DNA of 64,000 bases from Candidatus Saccharicenans sp. (GTDB lineage: Bacteria; Acidobacteriota; Aminicenantia; Aminicenantales; Saccharicenantaceae): NCBI GenBank assembly GCA_029907135.1, contig JARYMJ010000002.1, positions 10,897 to 74,896 on the forward strand, in the 5' to 3' direction. Shown here in pieces: positions 1 to 10,329 of this stretch (positions within the stretch are counted from its first letter, which is position 1; each line of letters begins with the position of its first letter). The position numbers were made by a program, and so were the translations under genes. The notes below the pieces were generated by a model, which saw only the letters and a list, made by a program, of their open reading frames with translations, was not told the DNA's origin and made no database searches.

Positions 1-467
1 AAGCCGAGCCCAAACTGGAAGTGCCCATAACTGAGCACACCCTGCCCGAATTCCGCCGCAAGTACCACATCCTGCTGGCTGAAGATAACCCGGTCAACCA
101 AAAGGTGGCCATCCACCTGCTGCAAAAAAAGGGTCACCGGGTTACGGTGGCCGAGAACGGGCGGCAGGCGCTGGAATTCCTGGAGAAGGAAAAATTCGAC
201 CTGGTGCTGATGGACGTCCAGATGCCGGAAATGGACGGGTTTGAAGCCACCAGGCAGATTCGCCAGCAGGAGAAAGCCAGCGGTGAGCACCTGCCTATAG
301 TGGCTATGACTGCCCACGCCATGAAGGGCGACCGGGAAAAATGCCTGGAAGCCGGGATGGATGATTACGTAGCCAAGCCCCTCTACCCGGAACAATTATA
401 CCGGGCCATCGAACGGGCTATCGCTTTGAAACAGGACATAGGAAAAAGAGAATCGCCCGGTGAATAA
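1..467 (+). CDS. C-terminal receiver domain of a probable hybrid sensor histidine kinase (5'-truncated by window edge)
   Basis: Frame is open from position 3 to the stop at 467. REC motifs [25 protein letters not shown] and GMDDYVAKP are of the style seen in hybrid kinases. Confidence 0.88.
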   Translation, partial: AEPKLEVPITEHTLPEFRRKYHILLAEDNPVNQKVAIHLLQKKGHRVTVAENGRQALEFLEKEKFDLVLMDVQMPEMDGFEATRQIRQQEKASGEHLPIVAMTAHAMKGDREKCLEAGMDDYVAKPLYPEQLYRAIERAIALKQDIGKRESPGE

Positions 468-485
468 ACCGGTAGGAGGCAAAGC

Positions 486-839
486 ATGCCTGGAGTAACT
501 GACCCGAACGACCCGATTAACAGGGAAGAAGTCCTGGAGAGAATCGGCGGCGATGAAGCCTTCCTCAAAGAACTGCTGAATATATACAATGAGGAGTTCA
601 ATGCCAAATACCAGGAGCTGGAAAAGGCCATCCAGGACAAAAATTTCCAGAACATCCGTGAGGCCGGGCATTATCTCAAAGGCGCTGCGGCCAACCTGAG
701 CCTGCCCGGGCTAAGGGAAGCTTCCTGGAAGATGGAGCAGGCCGGCCAGGCCCAGGACCTGGAAGCGGCCCGGCAGGCCCTGCGCTCCCTTAAAAACGAA
801 TACCAGCGCCTCCGGGAATACTTAGGAAGTCAAGTTTGA
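486..839 (+). CDS. Hpt (histidine phosphotransfer) domain protein
   Basis: AGHYLKGAAANL Hpt motif; SD AGGAGG upstream; follows the receiver-domain gene. Confidence 0.9.
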   Translation: MPGVTDPNDPINREEVLERIGGDEAFLKELLNIYNEEFNAKYQELEKAIQDKNFQNIREAGHYLKGAAANLSLPGLREASWKMEQAGQAQDLEAARQALRSLKNEYQRLREYLGSQV

Positions 840-897
840 AGACTGGGTCCTGGCCACAATCAGACCTGAGCCCGAAAATTTCCGGTGCAGAAGGTCA

Positions 898-1239
898 CTA
901 ATCGCGGATAAAATGAGGCATTTCCACAGGGATTTCCAGGCTGAGTTCAACCAGTCCTCTCACTTCTCCACCCGAGGTCCAGGCCGCCTGGTAGATTATT
1001 TTTTTTCGGCCCTGCTTTTCAATGGTATAGATGTTGGGCCGACCAGTCTCCAGGATCTGCCTGATTTTTTCTCTGGATTCCGGACGGTGGCAGTCCCGAA
1101 TGTTTTGACCCAACAGGGACCTTCCGCCTTCCGCCTCAAAAGCCAGGGCCGCCTGGCAATTGAGGAAAATAATCTTTCCATCAACATCAGTTATGGTTAT
1201 GGCTCCGGGAAATTCTTCCATCCAGTCTGCCTTGTTCAT
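898..1239 (-). CDS. Stand-alone PAS domain protein
   Basis: PAS-like pattern GAITITDVDGKIIFLN..A...LLGQNIRDCH; 113 aa. Confidence 0.75.
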   Translation of the reverse strand: MNKADWMEEFPGAITITDVDGKIIFLNCQAALAFEAEGGRSLLGQNIRDCHRPESREKIRQILETGRPNIYTIEKQGRKKIIYQAAWTSGGEVRGLVELSLEIPVEMPHFIRD

Positions 1240-1345
1240 CTGTCTCTCCCTGATTCTTCCTGGTTGCCCGCGGGGGCTTATTCCTGATATAGATTTATAC
1301 AGGAAATTAAGGTCTCATGGTAGACTATTCTGGGTCTAATGAAAA

Positions 1346-3238
1346 ATGGTCAGCAGGGGAATTGATATGAACAAGAATGTCAAAGTCCGGTTAAAACTGG
1401 ATTCCTTGATAAGGGTAAACCCGAAAAATCCGGCCGGCCGGCTGGCCACCCCGGGCGGGAGAATTGTCTTAATTACGGTGGTGATGGCTACCCTGATTCT
1501 GACCCTCTGTCCGCGGACGCCCGCGGCTCAAACCTTAGGTTCGGGCCGGATAGTTTTTACTGGCCACCAGGATGGAAGTGAACTTAATAACTCATTTCTA
1601 TTGTTGACCCCTGTTTCCTCACAGCAGAAAGTGGAAAGCCCTTCACTCCAGGTTAGAATCCAGCAGTTCCTGGCCAGGAAAATTGGCCTGGAGCGTCTGG
1701 AAAAAGTCGAGCAGGAATTAAGGCCTCTGGTGGATTCAACCGCCCTAGACCTTTACCTGCTCTACTTCTGGCTAAAGGGGCAGCCCCTGGAAGGCTTGGT
1801 CCTGGCCCGGCTGCAACTGCGGCAGAGAAATGACGACCCGGCTCTTCTGGCCAATGCCGCCGCCTTTCTCTACATTCTTGGAGAATACCAGCTGGCACAG
1901 CAAGCGCTGGAGTCCGCCCGGAACAAGGCCCCGGACAACCCCGTTGTCCTGAACAACCTGGGAGTTCTGCATTTCGCTCTGGGCCAAACGGAGGAGGCCA
2001 GGAAGTTTTTTATTAGAGCTACAACTCTTGATAACTACCAGCCCGAGGCCAACCGGGCTTTATACCTATTGAGCCTGGCCAGCCAATCCCGGGACGGCAC
2101 CTCGAATTACCTGAAAAAATCCCTCCTGGGAGCCTACCGTCAATCCCTGGCTGGCGATCTTCCCGGACTGCCGTTGCCCCAGTCCTTCCAGCAGGAAATC
2201 TTCCTGGCCAGACCTGAATTACCAGATGACTTTGAATCATACCGGAGGCTTATCCCCTTCTACCAGACTGCCTTCCTCAAGATGGAAGGAAAAGAAGTGG
2301 ACCTTAACCAGAAGCTGGAGCGACTGCTGGCCGCCGGTCTGAACTTTCCGGAAACAGAAACCTTAATCAGCGACGGACTGGCTCTCAGCTCCAGCCGGGC
2401 TTATTTCCATTTAAATGAAATAGAAGGCCAACTGGATTTTCTGGAAAGAGAAATTGAACGGCCGGTTGACCTGGAGCTGACCCAGCTTCTGTCGCGGGCC
2501 AGCAGCCAGCTGGAAGCTGTATTCAAGGATTACCAGAAAAGGGAGAAAGATTGCCTGGGCCTGCCCCGGGCTGAAAGGTTGGACTGCATCGAAAAAGCCC
2601 GCAGCGAATATTGCCAGCGCTACCGCCAGCAAGCTGAGTACTTTTACCAGAGATACAAGAAGATTGTGCTCAATTATTTTCAGCAGTCCGAGCCGCGGCT
2701 TAAGAATTTCGTCAACAGTTTTTACTTCTGGGTTCGTTACCTGCCGGAAGATCAGAGGCTAAGAAAAATAACCGAGGCCGAACTCCGAGTTTGGAGGCTC
2801 TACCAGCGGCTTTGGGAAAAAACCTTCCTGATGCTGACCAAAATCAGCCCGCCGGCTTTTAGCGACTGCCTGACGGCGCTGCCCCTGGAGCCAGAAAAGC
2901 CAGCTGAGCCGGTCATCACCTTATATGACCCTTTCTCCACCCTCAACCTTGACTACCAGGATGACTGGCTGACCTTCAGGGTCCGGGCCGACAGGATTAT
3001 CTTTTCCCTGCGCCGGCCGCTGGCCGAGCTCTCACCGCCCGGGACAGCCCTGATGTCCACCATCCATCTCTACCCGCCAGAGACTTCGGGTGCCCGTCCC
3101 CTGTACCTGGTGCTGGAAGCCGGGGGCAAACTGACCGACCTGGGGGAGCTCGGGCCCTGGGCTTTTGCCGGGCTGAGCAGCACCACTTCCTGGAAAATGC
3201 TGATAAACCTCAGCCTGCCCGAACCGAGCAAAAACTGA
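1346..3238 (+). CDS. TPR-containing exported/membrane-anchored hypothetical protein (start uncertain)
   Basis: Hydrophobic N-terminal segment; TPR repeats (APDNPVVLNNLGVLHFALGQTEEA); helical C-terminal part. Confidence 0.7.
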   Translation: MVSRGIDMNKNVKVRLKLDSLIRVNPKNPAGRLATPGGRIVLITVVMATLILTLCPRTPAAQTLGSGRIVFTGHQDGSELNNSFLLLTPVSSQQKVESPSLQVRIQQFLARKIGLERLEKVEQELRPLVDSTALDLYLLYFWLKGQPLEGLVLARLQLRQRNDDPALLANAAAFLYILGEYQLAQQALESARNKAPDNPVVLNNLGVLHFALGQTEEARKFFIRATTLDNYQPEANRALYLLSLASQSRDGTSNYLKKSLLGAYRQSLAGDLPGLPLPQSFQQEIFLARPELPDDFESYRRLIPFYQTAFLKMEGKEVDLNQKLERLLAAGLNFPETETLISDGLALSSSRAYFHLNEIEGQLDFLEREIERPVDLELTQLLSRASSQLEAVFKDYQKREKDCLGLPRAERLDCIEKARSEYCQRYRQQAEYFYQRYKKIVLNYFQQSEPRLKNFVNSFYFWVRYLPEDQRLRKITEAELRVWRLYQRLWEKTFLMLTKISPPAFSDCLTALPLEPEKPAEPVITLYDPFSTLNLDYQDDWLTFRVRADRIIFSLRRPLAELSPPGTALMSTIHLYPPETSGARPLYLVLEAGGKLTDLGELGPWAFAGLSSTTSWKMLINLSLPEPSKN

Positions 3239-3304
3239 TAGACAGCCGCTTTTCTTTCCTGATAAAATAGGAAAAATTTAAATTGGGAGAGGCAGGTTTC
3301 GATC

Positions 3305-4666
3305 ATGGACAACCAAGCCAGAACTCGTTTCCCGAAAACCTTCTGGACGGCCAACACCATTGAACTGTTTGAAAGGGCAGCTTACTATTCGATGGCTTCC
3401 TTTATGGTCATCTACCTGAAGGAAGTCCTGGGCATGTCGCCAACCCTGGCCACTTTTCTTAACGGCTCCCTGTTGTGGGGACTGATCTACTTCATGCCGA
3501 TTGTTTCCGGCACCCTGGCCGACAAGTACGGTTTCAAACGTTCGCTGAGCCTGTCTTTCTTCATGCTCTTCCTGGGATACCTGATTATGGGTAATGTCCA
3601 GAAGTTCTGGCCGGCCCTGGCCGGAAGCCAGGCGACTACCATCAACTACACCATCCCGGTGGTGGCAGCCATCATCCTGATCGGACTGGGTGGGTCCGTC
3701 GTCAAACCCTGCATTGCCGGCACCATCCAGAAAACATCCGGTCTCCAGGCCACCCTGGGCTTCGGCATCTTTTACATGGTGATAAACATTGGCTCCATCA
3801 CCGGCCGCGGCGTTTCCTATTTCATCCGCACCAGCCTGGGAATACCAGCCATCTTCACCTATGCTTCCACCGTTTTTATCTTCCTCGGGCTGCTGGTGGT
3901 CCTGTTAATCTACCGGGAACCGGAATACGTCAGCGACGGGATAAAGGACGGCCAGCAGGTCCGGAAAAAAACTCTCAAGGAAGCTATCCTGGGGATCTTT
4001 ATCGTTCTAAGTAACCTGAAATTTGTCTTCTTCCTGGTGGTCATTGCCCTGTTCTGGTTTCTTTACGTTCAGCTTTATAACCTGATCCCGCTTTTCCTGC
4101 GACACATCGACCCCAACGCCCCGGTGGAACTCTATACCCTGGCCAACCCGCTGATGATCGTCTGCTTCCAGTTGCTGATCACCAGGCTGGTAAAAAGATG
4201 GACCCCGGTCAAATCCATCCTGCTCGGGGTGGGGGTGACTACCGCGGGTATGCTGCTGAACATCCTGCCGGTTGTGCTGTATTCTGATATTAGCCACCGG
4301 GTGTCCCTGGCCGGTCTGGCCATTCCCATCGCCGGGATATTCCTCCTGGTCAGCATCGCTTCCATGGCCGTGGGCGAAATGATGGCCTCACCCCGGATTT
4401 ACGAATACATCGGGCGCATCGCCCCCAAGGGAGAAGAAGGGCTGTATCTGGGCTATGCCAACCTACCGGTGGCCATCGGCAGCATCCTGGGCGGACCGCT
4501 GGGCGGCGCCCTGTACCAGAGGCATATTGCCAGCCCCCTGCAGGCTGGCCAGTCGCCGAACTACATCATCATCTGGGCGATAATAGCCTTCCTGGGGGTT
4601 TGCTCAATGGCCGGGCTGGCTATTTATGACCGACTCCTGGCCCGCGACAAAACAAACAAGACATAG
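3305..4666 (+). CDS. MFS transporter, POT/PTR (di/tripeptide:H+ symporter)-like
   Basis: ExxERxxYY motif (ELFERAAYY), GTLADKYG, FYMVINIGS; about 12 TM segments. Confidence 0.88.
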   Translation: MDNQARTRFPKTFWTANTIELFERAAYYSMASFMVIYLKEVLGMSPTLATFLNGSLLWGLIYFMPIVSGTLADKYGFKRSLSLSFFMLFLGYLIMGNVQKFWPALAGSQATTINYTIPVVAAIILIGLGGSVVKPCIAGTIQKTSGLQATLGFGIFYMVINIGSITGRGVSYFIRTSLGIPAIFTYASTVFIFLGLLVVLLIYREPEYVSDGIKDGQQVRKKTLKEAILGIFIVLSNLKFVFFLVVIALFWFLYVQLYNLIPLFLRHIDPNAPVELYTLANPLMIVCFQLLITRLVKRWTPVKSILLGVGVTTAGMLLNILPVVLYSDISHRVSLAGLAIPIAGIFLLVSIASMAVGEMMASPRIYEYIGRIAPKGEEGLYLGYANLPVAIGSILGGPLGGALYQRHIASPLQAGQSPNYIIIWAIIAFLGVCSMAGLAIYDRLLARDKTNKT

Positions 4667-4696
4667 CAAACAGGGCGGGATGCCCGGTGAGCTTAA

Positions 4697-5959
4697 TTAG
4701 TTGCCAAACCTGGGATTGACCACACCAGAATAAATAGAGCCGAAGGTATAGTTCAGGCCGAGGGAGATGCCGTAGCTATAAGCCGTGGCCAGGGCTTTTC
4801 TCTGCAACAGAATATCTTCCAGGCTCAGGTCCCCCTTGGCCAGGTAAATCTGGTCCTTAATCTTGGCGAACCGTCCCGAAATCCCCACCGAGAAGCCCCG
4901 GTAGAGCCGCAGGTTCATGCTGGCATTAAACACCAGGTGATTCTTGCTGAAATCGTGAAAGTAGTGAAAACCTTCCAGCGAGGCGTTGACATTTCCCCAT
5001 GGTTCCTTGATTTCGAGGGTGATCGACAGGGTTTCCCCCAGCAGGGCTTCGTGGGTCTTGTCGTAAATTGTTTCTTCGCGGTAATAATTCAGGTTGAAGC
5101 CCACCCGGTAGAGAAATCTCAGCTGCCGCCGGGTAGATTCCGAATAAGGAAAATAGTTATATTCAATGGCCGGGGCCGGATTTATGTTAAGCTTGATGTT
5201 ATTGTAGGTGGACGAGGACATCCCCAACCAGCCGCCGACCGACCAGTGATTGCTTAGGGCATAGACGGCCAGGGTGGACAGGCTGAAGCTGCTCTGGCGG
5301 GAGGTGATGAGGCTGGTCACGTCGTCCTCGGTTATCTTGAACCGGCTGTTGTTAAAACGGCCGGAAAGGCCCGAGCGGAATTTTAATTTTTCTGTGACCC
5401 GGCTGGCGCTAAGATTGCTGTGCAGCGAGAAAAAATTCTTGGTCTCTTCGCCGGACAAGCTGCCGGATAAACCCAGGTTAAAAACCCAGAAATTCCAGGG
5501 ATCCTCGACTTCTGCCGGCGGCAGGCGCTTTTCGAAATCGATCCGCAAGTAATCGCCCAAATCGGTCTTGGCCAGGTAGGGTACCAGGCCCACCTTGAGC
5601 ACCCGGACCAGGCCTTTTCTTTCGGTATCGGCTGAATCGGTCCTGGCTGAGACATATTTCAGCGTATGATGAACGTCATAAAAATTGTTGCGGCCAATAA
5701 AATTTAAACTGTATTCCCGGCCGCCGGCGGCGGTACCCTGAATAGTAATCAGGATGTGAACATCAGCTTCGGTTCGCTCCCGGACGAAACTGACGAAGCT
5801 CAATTCCGAGCGGATATAATTCATATCACACTGGTGACAGTCGATAAAAACCCGGGGAGGCTCCTGCACCACTCTGGGGATTCTCTCCTGAGCCGCGGCC
5901 GGGGCGGTCAGCAGCCACAGCAGGCCGGCTATCCACGGCCAATATCTGGAAGATTTCAT
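4697..5959 (-). CDS. Hypothetical outer-membrane beta-barrel-like protein
   Basis: Signal peptide, N-terminal CxxC (DCHQC), alternating beta-strand pattern, aromatic C-terminus. Confidence 0.65.
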   Translation of the reverse strand: MKSSRYWPWIAGLLWLLTAPAAAQERIPRVVQEPPRVFIDCHQCDMNYIRSELSFVSFVRERTEADVHILITIQGTAAGGREYSLNFIGRNNFYDVHHTLKYVSARTDSADTERKGLVRVLKVGLVPYLAKTDLGDYLRIDFEKRLPPAEVEDPWNFWVFNLGLSGSLSGEETKNFFSLHSNLSASRVTEKLKFRSGLSGRFNNSRFKITEDDVTSLITSRQSSFSLSTLAVYALSNHWSVGGWLGMSSSTYNNIKLNINPAPAIEYNYFPYSESTRRQLRFLYRVGFNLNYYREETIYDKTHEALLGETLSITLEIKEPWGNVNASLEGFHYFHDFSKNHLVFNASMNLRLYRGFSVGISGRFAKIKDQIYLAKGDLSLEDILLQRKALATAYSYGISLGLNYTFGSIYSGVVNPRFGN

Positions 5960-6044
5960 GCCGGTTCTCCTTCAGTCCGGTCTGCAACCATACTTTCTAT
6001 CTCCTCTGACCCGTCCAGGTCCGGACCGGCAAGGAAGGCGGGAC

Positions 6045-6527
6045 TTATCCTTTTCCTGGCCGCGATTTCTCTTCTAATTGCTTTATCAGGTCAACGTTAA
6101 CACCGTAAGCCTGGGGCTCAATCCGGTTGGCCATTGCCCGGTAAATTTCTGGGTGTCTGAACCAGTCCTTGGCTTCGCGGTGGAACAGGTCAAAAAGAAC
6201 TTTCAAGCCAAAAATCGTTCCCAGGGGGAAAAAGGCCAGCAGCAGTATTGCCAGCACCAGGGAAGCCGGCCAGCTCCAGCGCCGGCCATGTTTAATTCCA
6301 GAGGCGGTTTTCAAGCCGGCTATTCCGAAGAGCAGAGAGATGATGGCCACCGCCAGCCCCCGGCTCAGCAGGAAATCCACCCCGGCCAGCTGCCGCAATT
6401 CGCTGCCCGGGCCGAGGCTCAGCCGGGCCAGGACCAGCAACCCGATGGTGACAAAAAAAGTCAGCAAGCTGAGGATGGCCACGACCTTGATTATCTGCCG
6501 GATGAGACTGACTTTTTCGGGCATCAT
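6045..6527 (-). CDS. Hypothetical integral membrane protein
   Basis: 3-4 hydrophobic segments, FPLGTIFG motif; upstream TTGAAT-N16-TAAAAT promoter-like pair. Confidence 0.65.
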   Translation of the reverse strand: MMPEKVSLIRQIIKVVAILSLLTFFVTIGLLVLARLSLGPGSELRQLAGVDFLLSRGLAVAIISLLFGIAGLKTASGIKHGRRWSWPASLVLAILLLAFFPLGTIFGLKVLFDLFHREAKDWFRHPEIYRAMANRIEPQAYGVNVDLIKQLEEKSRPGKG

Positions 6528-6705
6528 AATAACCTGCTGGTCTTCTATTTTACTTGAGTTCAGGCTGGATTCAAGCCCGAAATTCAGATAGAATTGGCCT
6601 GCGGAAAGCGCCCGGAATTATTTTTTTCAGCTTCAAGCTCTCGCTGCCGACAATATAATTGGCAGTTTTTTTGAGCATTAAAATAACCGAAAAGCGAGGC
6701 GACCG

Positions 6706-7440
6706 ATGAAAAGAATGGTTATTCTAGCCCTGGCCCTGGTCTTCCTGGCCACGGCCCTTCCAGCCGACGTCTACATCAAGACCATCAATCATGTTGACCC
6801 CATCAACGCCATGGGGCAGAGCTTTCCGGCCAGGGACACTGTTTCCGAGCAATGGATCAGCGACGATTTTTACTATCTCGATACCGGTGAAGGTTTTTCT
6901 TACCTGTATGATATCAAGAAAAACATCATCTATCTCATCTCCCATCGCACCAAATCCTATCTGGAAATAAAACCGCCGGCTGACTTTTCCAGCCTCCTGC
7001 CGCCCGAGCTGGCCCCCATGGCCCAGGCCCTGGAGCAGATGACTATGTCGGTCAGGCCCACCGAAGAGACCAGGGTGGTCAACAATATCAAATGCCAGGG
7101 ATACCGGCTGGAAATGACCATGATGATGTACCCGATAGAGATGAACATCTGGGCCTCGGAAGAGCTCCCGGTCAACCTGAAAAAATTCCTGGAAACTGTC
7201 TGGCCGGAGATAAACAAGCTGGAGTTTAAGGTTTCCAGCCAGGCCTATTCCGAGCTGGCTAAAATCAAGGGCCTGTGGATAGCTTCTGAAACCAGGGCCC
7301 AGATGACGGGGGTGGAGGTTACCTCCCGGTCGGAAGTCAGCGAGATCAGCAAGAAGACTCCGCCAAAGGGAATTTATACGCTGCCGGCGAACTACCGGAA
7401 AAAAGACCGGCTGGAAATGGAAGACATCCAGGGTTTCTGA
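6706..7440 (+). CDS. Secreted DUF4412-like protein
   Basis: Signal peptide ending ALPA; TEETRVVNNIKCQGY...IWAS pattern of the DUF4412/GLPGLI type; ISKKTPPKGIYTLPANY tail. Confidence 0.7.
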   Translation: MKRMVILALALVFLATALPADVYIKTINHVDPINAMGQSFPARDTVSEQWISDDFYYLDTGEGFSYLYDIKKNIIYLISHRTKSYLEIKPPADFSSLLPPELAPMAQALEQMTMSVRPTEETRVVNNIKCQGYRLEMTMMMYPIEMNIWASEELPVNLKKFLETVWPEINKLEFKVSSQAYSELAKIKGLWIASETRAQMTGVEVTSRSEVSEISKKTPPKGIYTLPANYRKKDRLEMEDIQGF

Positions 7441-7740
7441 GTCCGGGTGGCGGTCAGTGGCCCGGGCGGCCGTTTTCTGGCCTGGCCTAATTCTGGGCTG
7501 CAGCTTCCCCGGTTCCGGTCTCCAGCCCAGGCTTCACCATTTAGCCCATCCCTGATATTTCATAAGCAAATCTCCAGGCAACACCTTCCGCTTAATTCTC
7601 ATTTATAACTCCCCGTTCTGGTTCCTGGCTGATATTATCCTGATATCTAAGAGCTCATCCAGCCAGAAGGCAATATATAGATTTTCTCGTGAGGCAACGA
7701 ATCAATTTCGCATAGATTTTAAATGAGGCAATTGGTTATC

Positions 7741-7769
7741 TTGATTTTTGCCCGAGGCGGCATTATCCT
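7741..7769 (+). promoter_or_regulatory. sigma70-type promoter of gltX (probable leaderless transcript)
   Basis: TTGATT(7741-46)-N17-TATCCT(7764-69), then 6 nt to ATG 7776; no SD. Confidence 0.55.
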
Positions 7770-7775
7770 TACGCT

Positions 7776-9278
7776 ATGAACACAGAAGACAAGATAAGGG
7801 TGCGCTTCGCCCCCAGTCCGACCGGCTACATTCACGTCGGCAACGCCCGGACCGCTCTTTTTAACTGGCTGTTCGCCCGGCAGAAAGGCGGGGTGTTTGT
7901 CCTGAGAGTTGAAGACACCGATATCGAAAGGTCGCGGGAAGAGTACGAGCGCAACCTGATCCAGGACCTGCGCTGGCTGGGGCTGGACTGGGATGAAGGC
8001 CCTGATGTTGGCGGGAGCTTTGGGTCCTACCGGCAATCGGAAAGGCTTGAACTCTACCATAAATACGCCCGGGAGCTTCTGGACCGGGGCCAGGCCTATT
8101 ATTGTTTCTGCACGGCCGAAGAGCTGGAACAGCAGCGCCAGGCGGCCCTGGCCGAAGGCCAGATGCCGGTTTACAGCGGTAAATGCCGGAACCTCAGCCT
8201 GGGAGAGGCCAGGCGGCGCCTGGCCGCGGGCGAAGAGGGAGCCATCCGACTTAAAGTCCCGGAGGAAGGACTGGTGCAGTTTGAAGACCTGGTCCGGGGG
8301 CTGGTGGAATTTGACCTGAAGCTCATCGGCGACCCGATCATTGTCCGCTCCAACGGCATGCCGGCCTATAATTACGCCGTGGTCATTGATGACGCCCTGA
8401 TGAACATCACCCATGTCATCCGGGGCGAAGACCACGTCAGCAACACCCCGCGCCAGATTCTTTTGTATAAGGCCCTCGGTTGGCAGGTCCCGGTTTTCGC
8501 CCACCTGTCGATGGTCATGGGCAAGGACAATACCAGGCTGAGCAAGCGTCACGGGGCCACCTCAGTCGACCAGTTCCGGCGCGACGGCATCCTGGCCGAG
8601 GCCTTATGCAATTATCTTTCCTTCCTGGGCTGGTCACCCCCGGAAGGACAGGAAGTCCTGCGTCTTAAAGAATTGGTCAGGCTGTTTGACCTCAGCCGGG
8701 TCAGTCGCTCGGCCGCCATTTTTGATTATGAAAAGCTCTACTGGCTCAACCGCCAGCATATAAAGCTTTTGCCATCCGAGAAAAAGCTGGAACTGGCCCT
8801 CCCCTATCTCCAGGAAGCCGGGCTGGTGGGGAAAGAGCTGGACTCCGCCCAGCGCGACTGGCTCGCCAGGGCAGTGGAAACATTGATAGAAGGGGTGGAC
8901 AAGTTTTCTGACCTGCCACAGAAATTCTCCCTGCTGTTTGATTTTGATCCTGGAAAAATGGAAGAAGAGGCCAGAGAAATCATCCAGGCCGAGTCAGCCA
9001 GAAAAGTGCTGGCCGCCTTCATCCAGAAAACAGCCGGGCTTAAAGAATTCAATTACCAAATCTTTGCCGGGCTCACCGGAGAAATCAAGAAAGCCACCGG
9101 TATCAAGGGCAAGGACCTTTTCCATCCGCTGCGAGTGGCCCTGACGGCCAGAGCTTCGGGGCTGGAGCTGGATAAATTTATTCCGCTGGTGGAGGAAGGC
9201 TCCCGCCTTAATTTCCCCCGCAAAATCAAGGGTTGCCTGGAAAGAATAAAGGAAATTTCAGCCTTCCTGAATTTATAA
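7776..9278 (+). CDS. gltX: Glutamate--tRNA ligase
   Basis: RFAPSPTG, HIGH-like HVGN, HVIRGEDH, KMSKS-like LSKR, anticodon-binding C-terminal domain. Confidence 0.97.
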   Translation: MNTEDKIRVRFAPSPTGYIHVGNARTALFNWLFARQKGGVFVLRVEDTDIERSREEYERNLIQDLRWLGLDWDEGPDVGGSFGSYRQSERLELYHKYARELLDRGQAYYCFCTAEELEQQRQAALAEGQMPVYSGKCRNLSLGEARRRLAAGEEGAIRLKVPEEGLVQFEDLVRGLVEFDLKLIGDPIIVRSNGMPAYNYAVVIDDALMNITHVIRGEDHVSNTPRQILLYKALGWQVPVFAHLSMVMGKDNTRLSKRHGATSVDQFRRDGILAEALCNYLSFLGWSPPEGQEVLRLKELVRLFDLSRVSRSAAIFDYEKLYWLNRQHIKLLPSEKKLELALPYLQEAGLVGKELDSAQRDWLARAVETLIEGVDKFSDLPQKFSLLFDFDPGKMEEEAREIIQAESARKVLAAFIQKTAGLKEFNYQIFAGLTGEIKKATGIKGKDLFHPLRVALTARASGLELDKFIPLVEEGSRLNFPRKIKGCLERIKEISAFLNL

Positions 9279-9281
9279 AAC

Positions 9282-10022
9282 ATGGAACCGAAAGACAGGT
9301 TAGGCCGGCTCAATCCGATAATCGAGTTCTTGAAATCTTCTCCGGGACGCCTGAATAAAATCTTCATCCAGAAGGAAAAGGGCCATTACCGGATTTCTGA
9401 AATAATCAGGCTGGCCAAGGCTAACCACATTCCGCTGGTCTTCGCTCCCAGGGAAAAGCTGGATAATCTCTATCCCCATCACCAAGGAGCGGTGGCTCTG
9501 CTAGCCGAGAAAGAATACCTGGACCTGGAAGACCTGCTGGTAACCGAAAGACCGGCTTTCCTGGTCATCCTGGACGAGGTGGTTGACCCCCAGAACGTTG
9601 GCGCCATCATCCGCAGTGCCGAGGGAGCCGGGGCCGACGGCCTGATCCTGCAGGAACGACACTCGGTCGGGCTGACCGCCACCGTGGCCACAGTGGCCGC
9701 CGGGGCTCTTTCCCACCTGCCAGTGGCCCGGGTAACCAACATCGCTCGGGCCATCGAACGTCTTAAAGAAAAGGGAATCTGGGTGGTGGGCGCAGCCGGT
9801 GAAGCCAGCAACAGGTGGTACGAGTTTGATTTTACCCGGCCGGTAGCGGTGGCCCTCGGCTCGGAAGGCTACGGGTTGCGGCCGAATATAAAAAATAAGT
9901 GCGATGTTCTCCTGTCGCTGCCCATGCTCGGACAGGTCAACAGCCTGAATGTCAGCGCCGCGGCCGCGGTTTTCTTCTACGAGGTGGTCCGCCAGCGCCT
10001 GCTGGCCGAGAAGAAGAAATAA
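9282..10022 (+). CDS. rlmB: 23S rRNA (Gm2251) 2'-O-methyltransferase, TrmH/SpoU family
   Basis: HQGAVA, DPQNVGAIIRSA, GSEGYGL, SLNVSAA. Confidence 0.92.
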   Translation: MEPKDRLGRLNPIIEFLKSSPGRLNKIFIQKEKGHYRISEIIRLAKANHIPLVFAPREKLDNLYPHHQGAVALLAEKEYLDLEDLLVTERPAFLVILDEVVDPQNVGAIIRSAEGAGADGLILQERHSVGLTATVATVAAGALSHLPVARVTNIARAIERLKEKGIWVVGAAGEASNRWYEFDFTRPVAVALGSEGYGLRPNIKNKCDVLLSLPMLGQVNSLNVSAAAAVFFYEVVRQRLLAEKKK

Positions 10023-10329
10023 TTCTTAAGAATTTATTACACTGCTGAGACTCTCAAAACCGCCTGAAATCAAGATCCTGTCATTGCTGGCCTGGCCTCT
10101 GACAGGCTTGGGCAAAGAGCTCCGGTCGGGCCGCCTGGAAACAGACGAGGCAGTCCGGATCGGGATTGTGGTAAATGAAAACTTAGAAAGGTGTCAACAA
10201 TGGTTTGGGAACTCTGAAAGCCTTTGCTGATAGAATTCGAAAGGCCATGATTGAAAGAAACAACCCCCATCCCACTCTCAGATAAAAAGGAATCGCCAAG
10301 CATCTGCCCCGCTCATCTCAGGAGCCATT

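Noticed and set aside
10023..10329. ATTGAAAG resembling a CRISPR repeat end in the rlmB downstream gap
   Set aside because: No repeated unit with spacers and no cas genes in the window.
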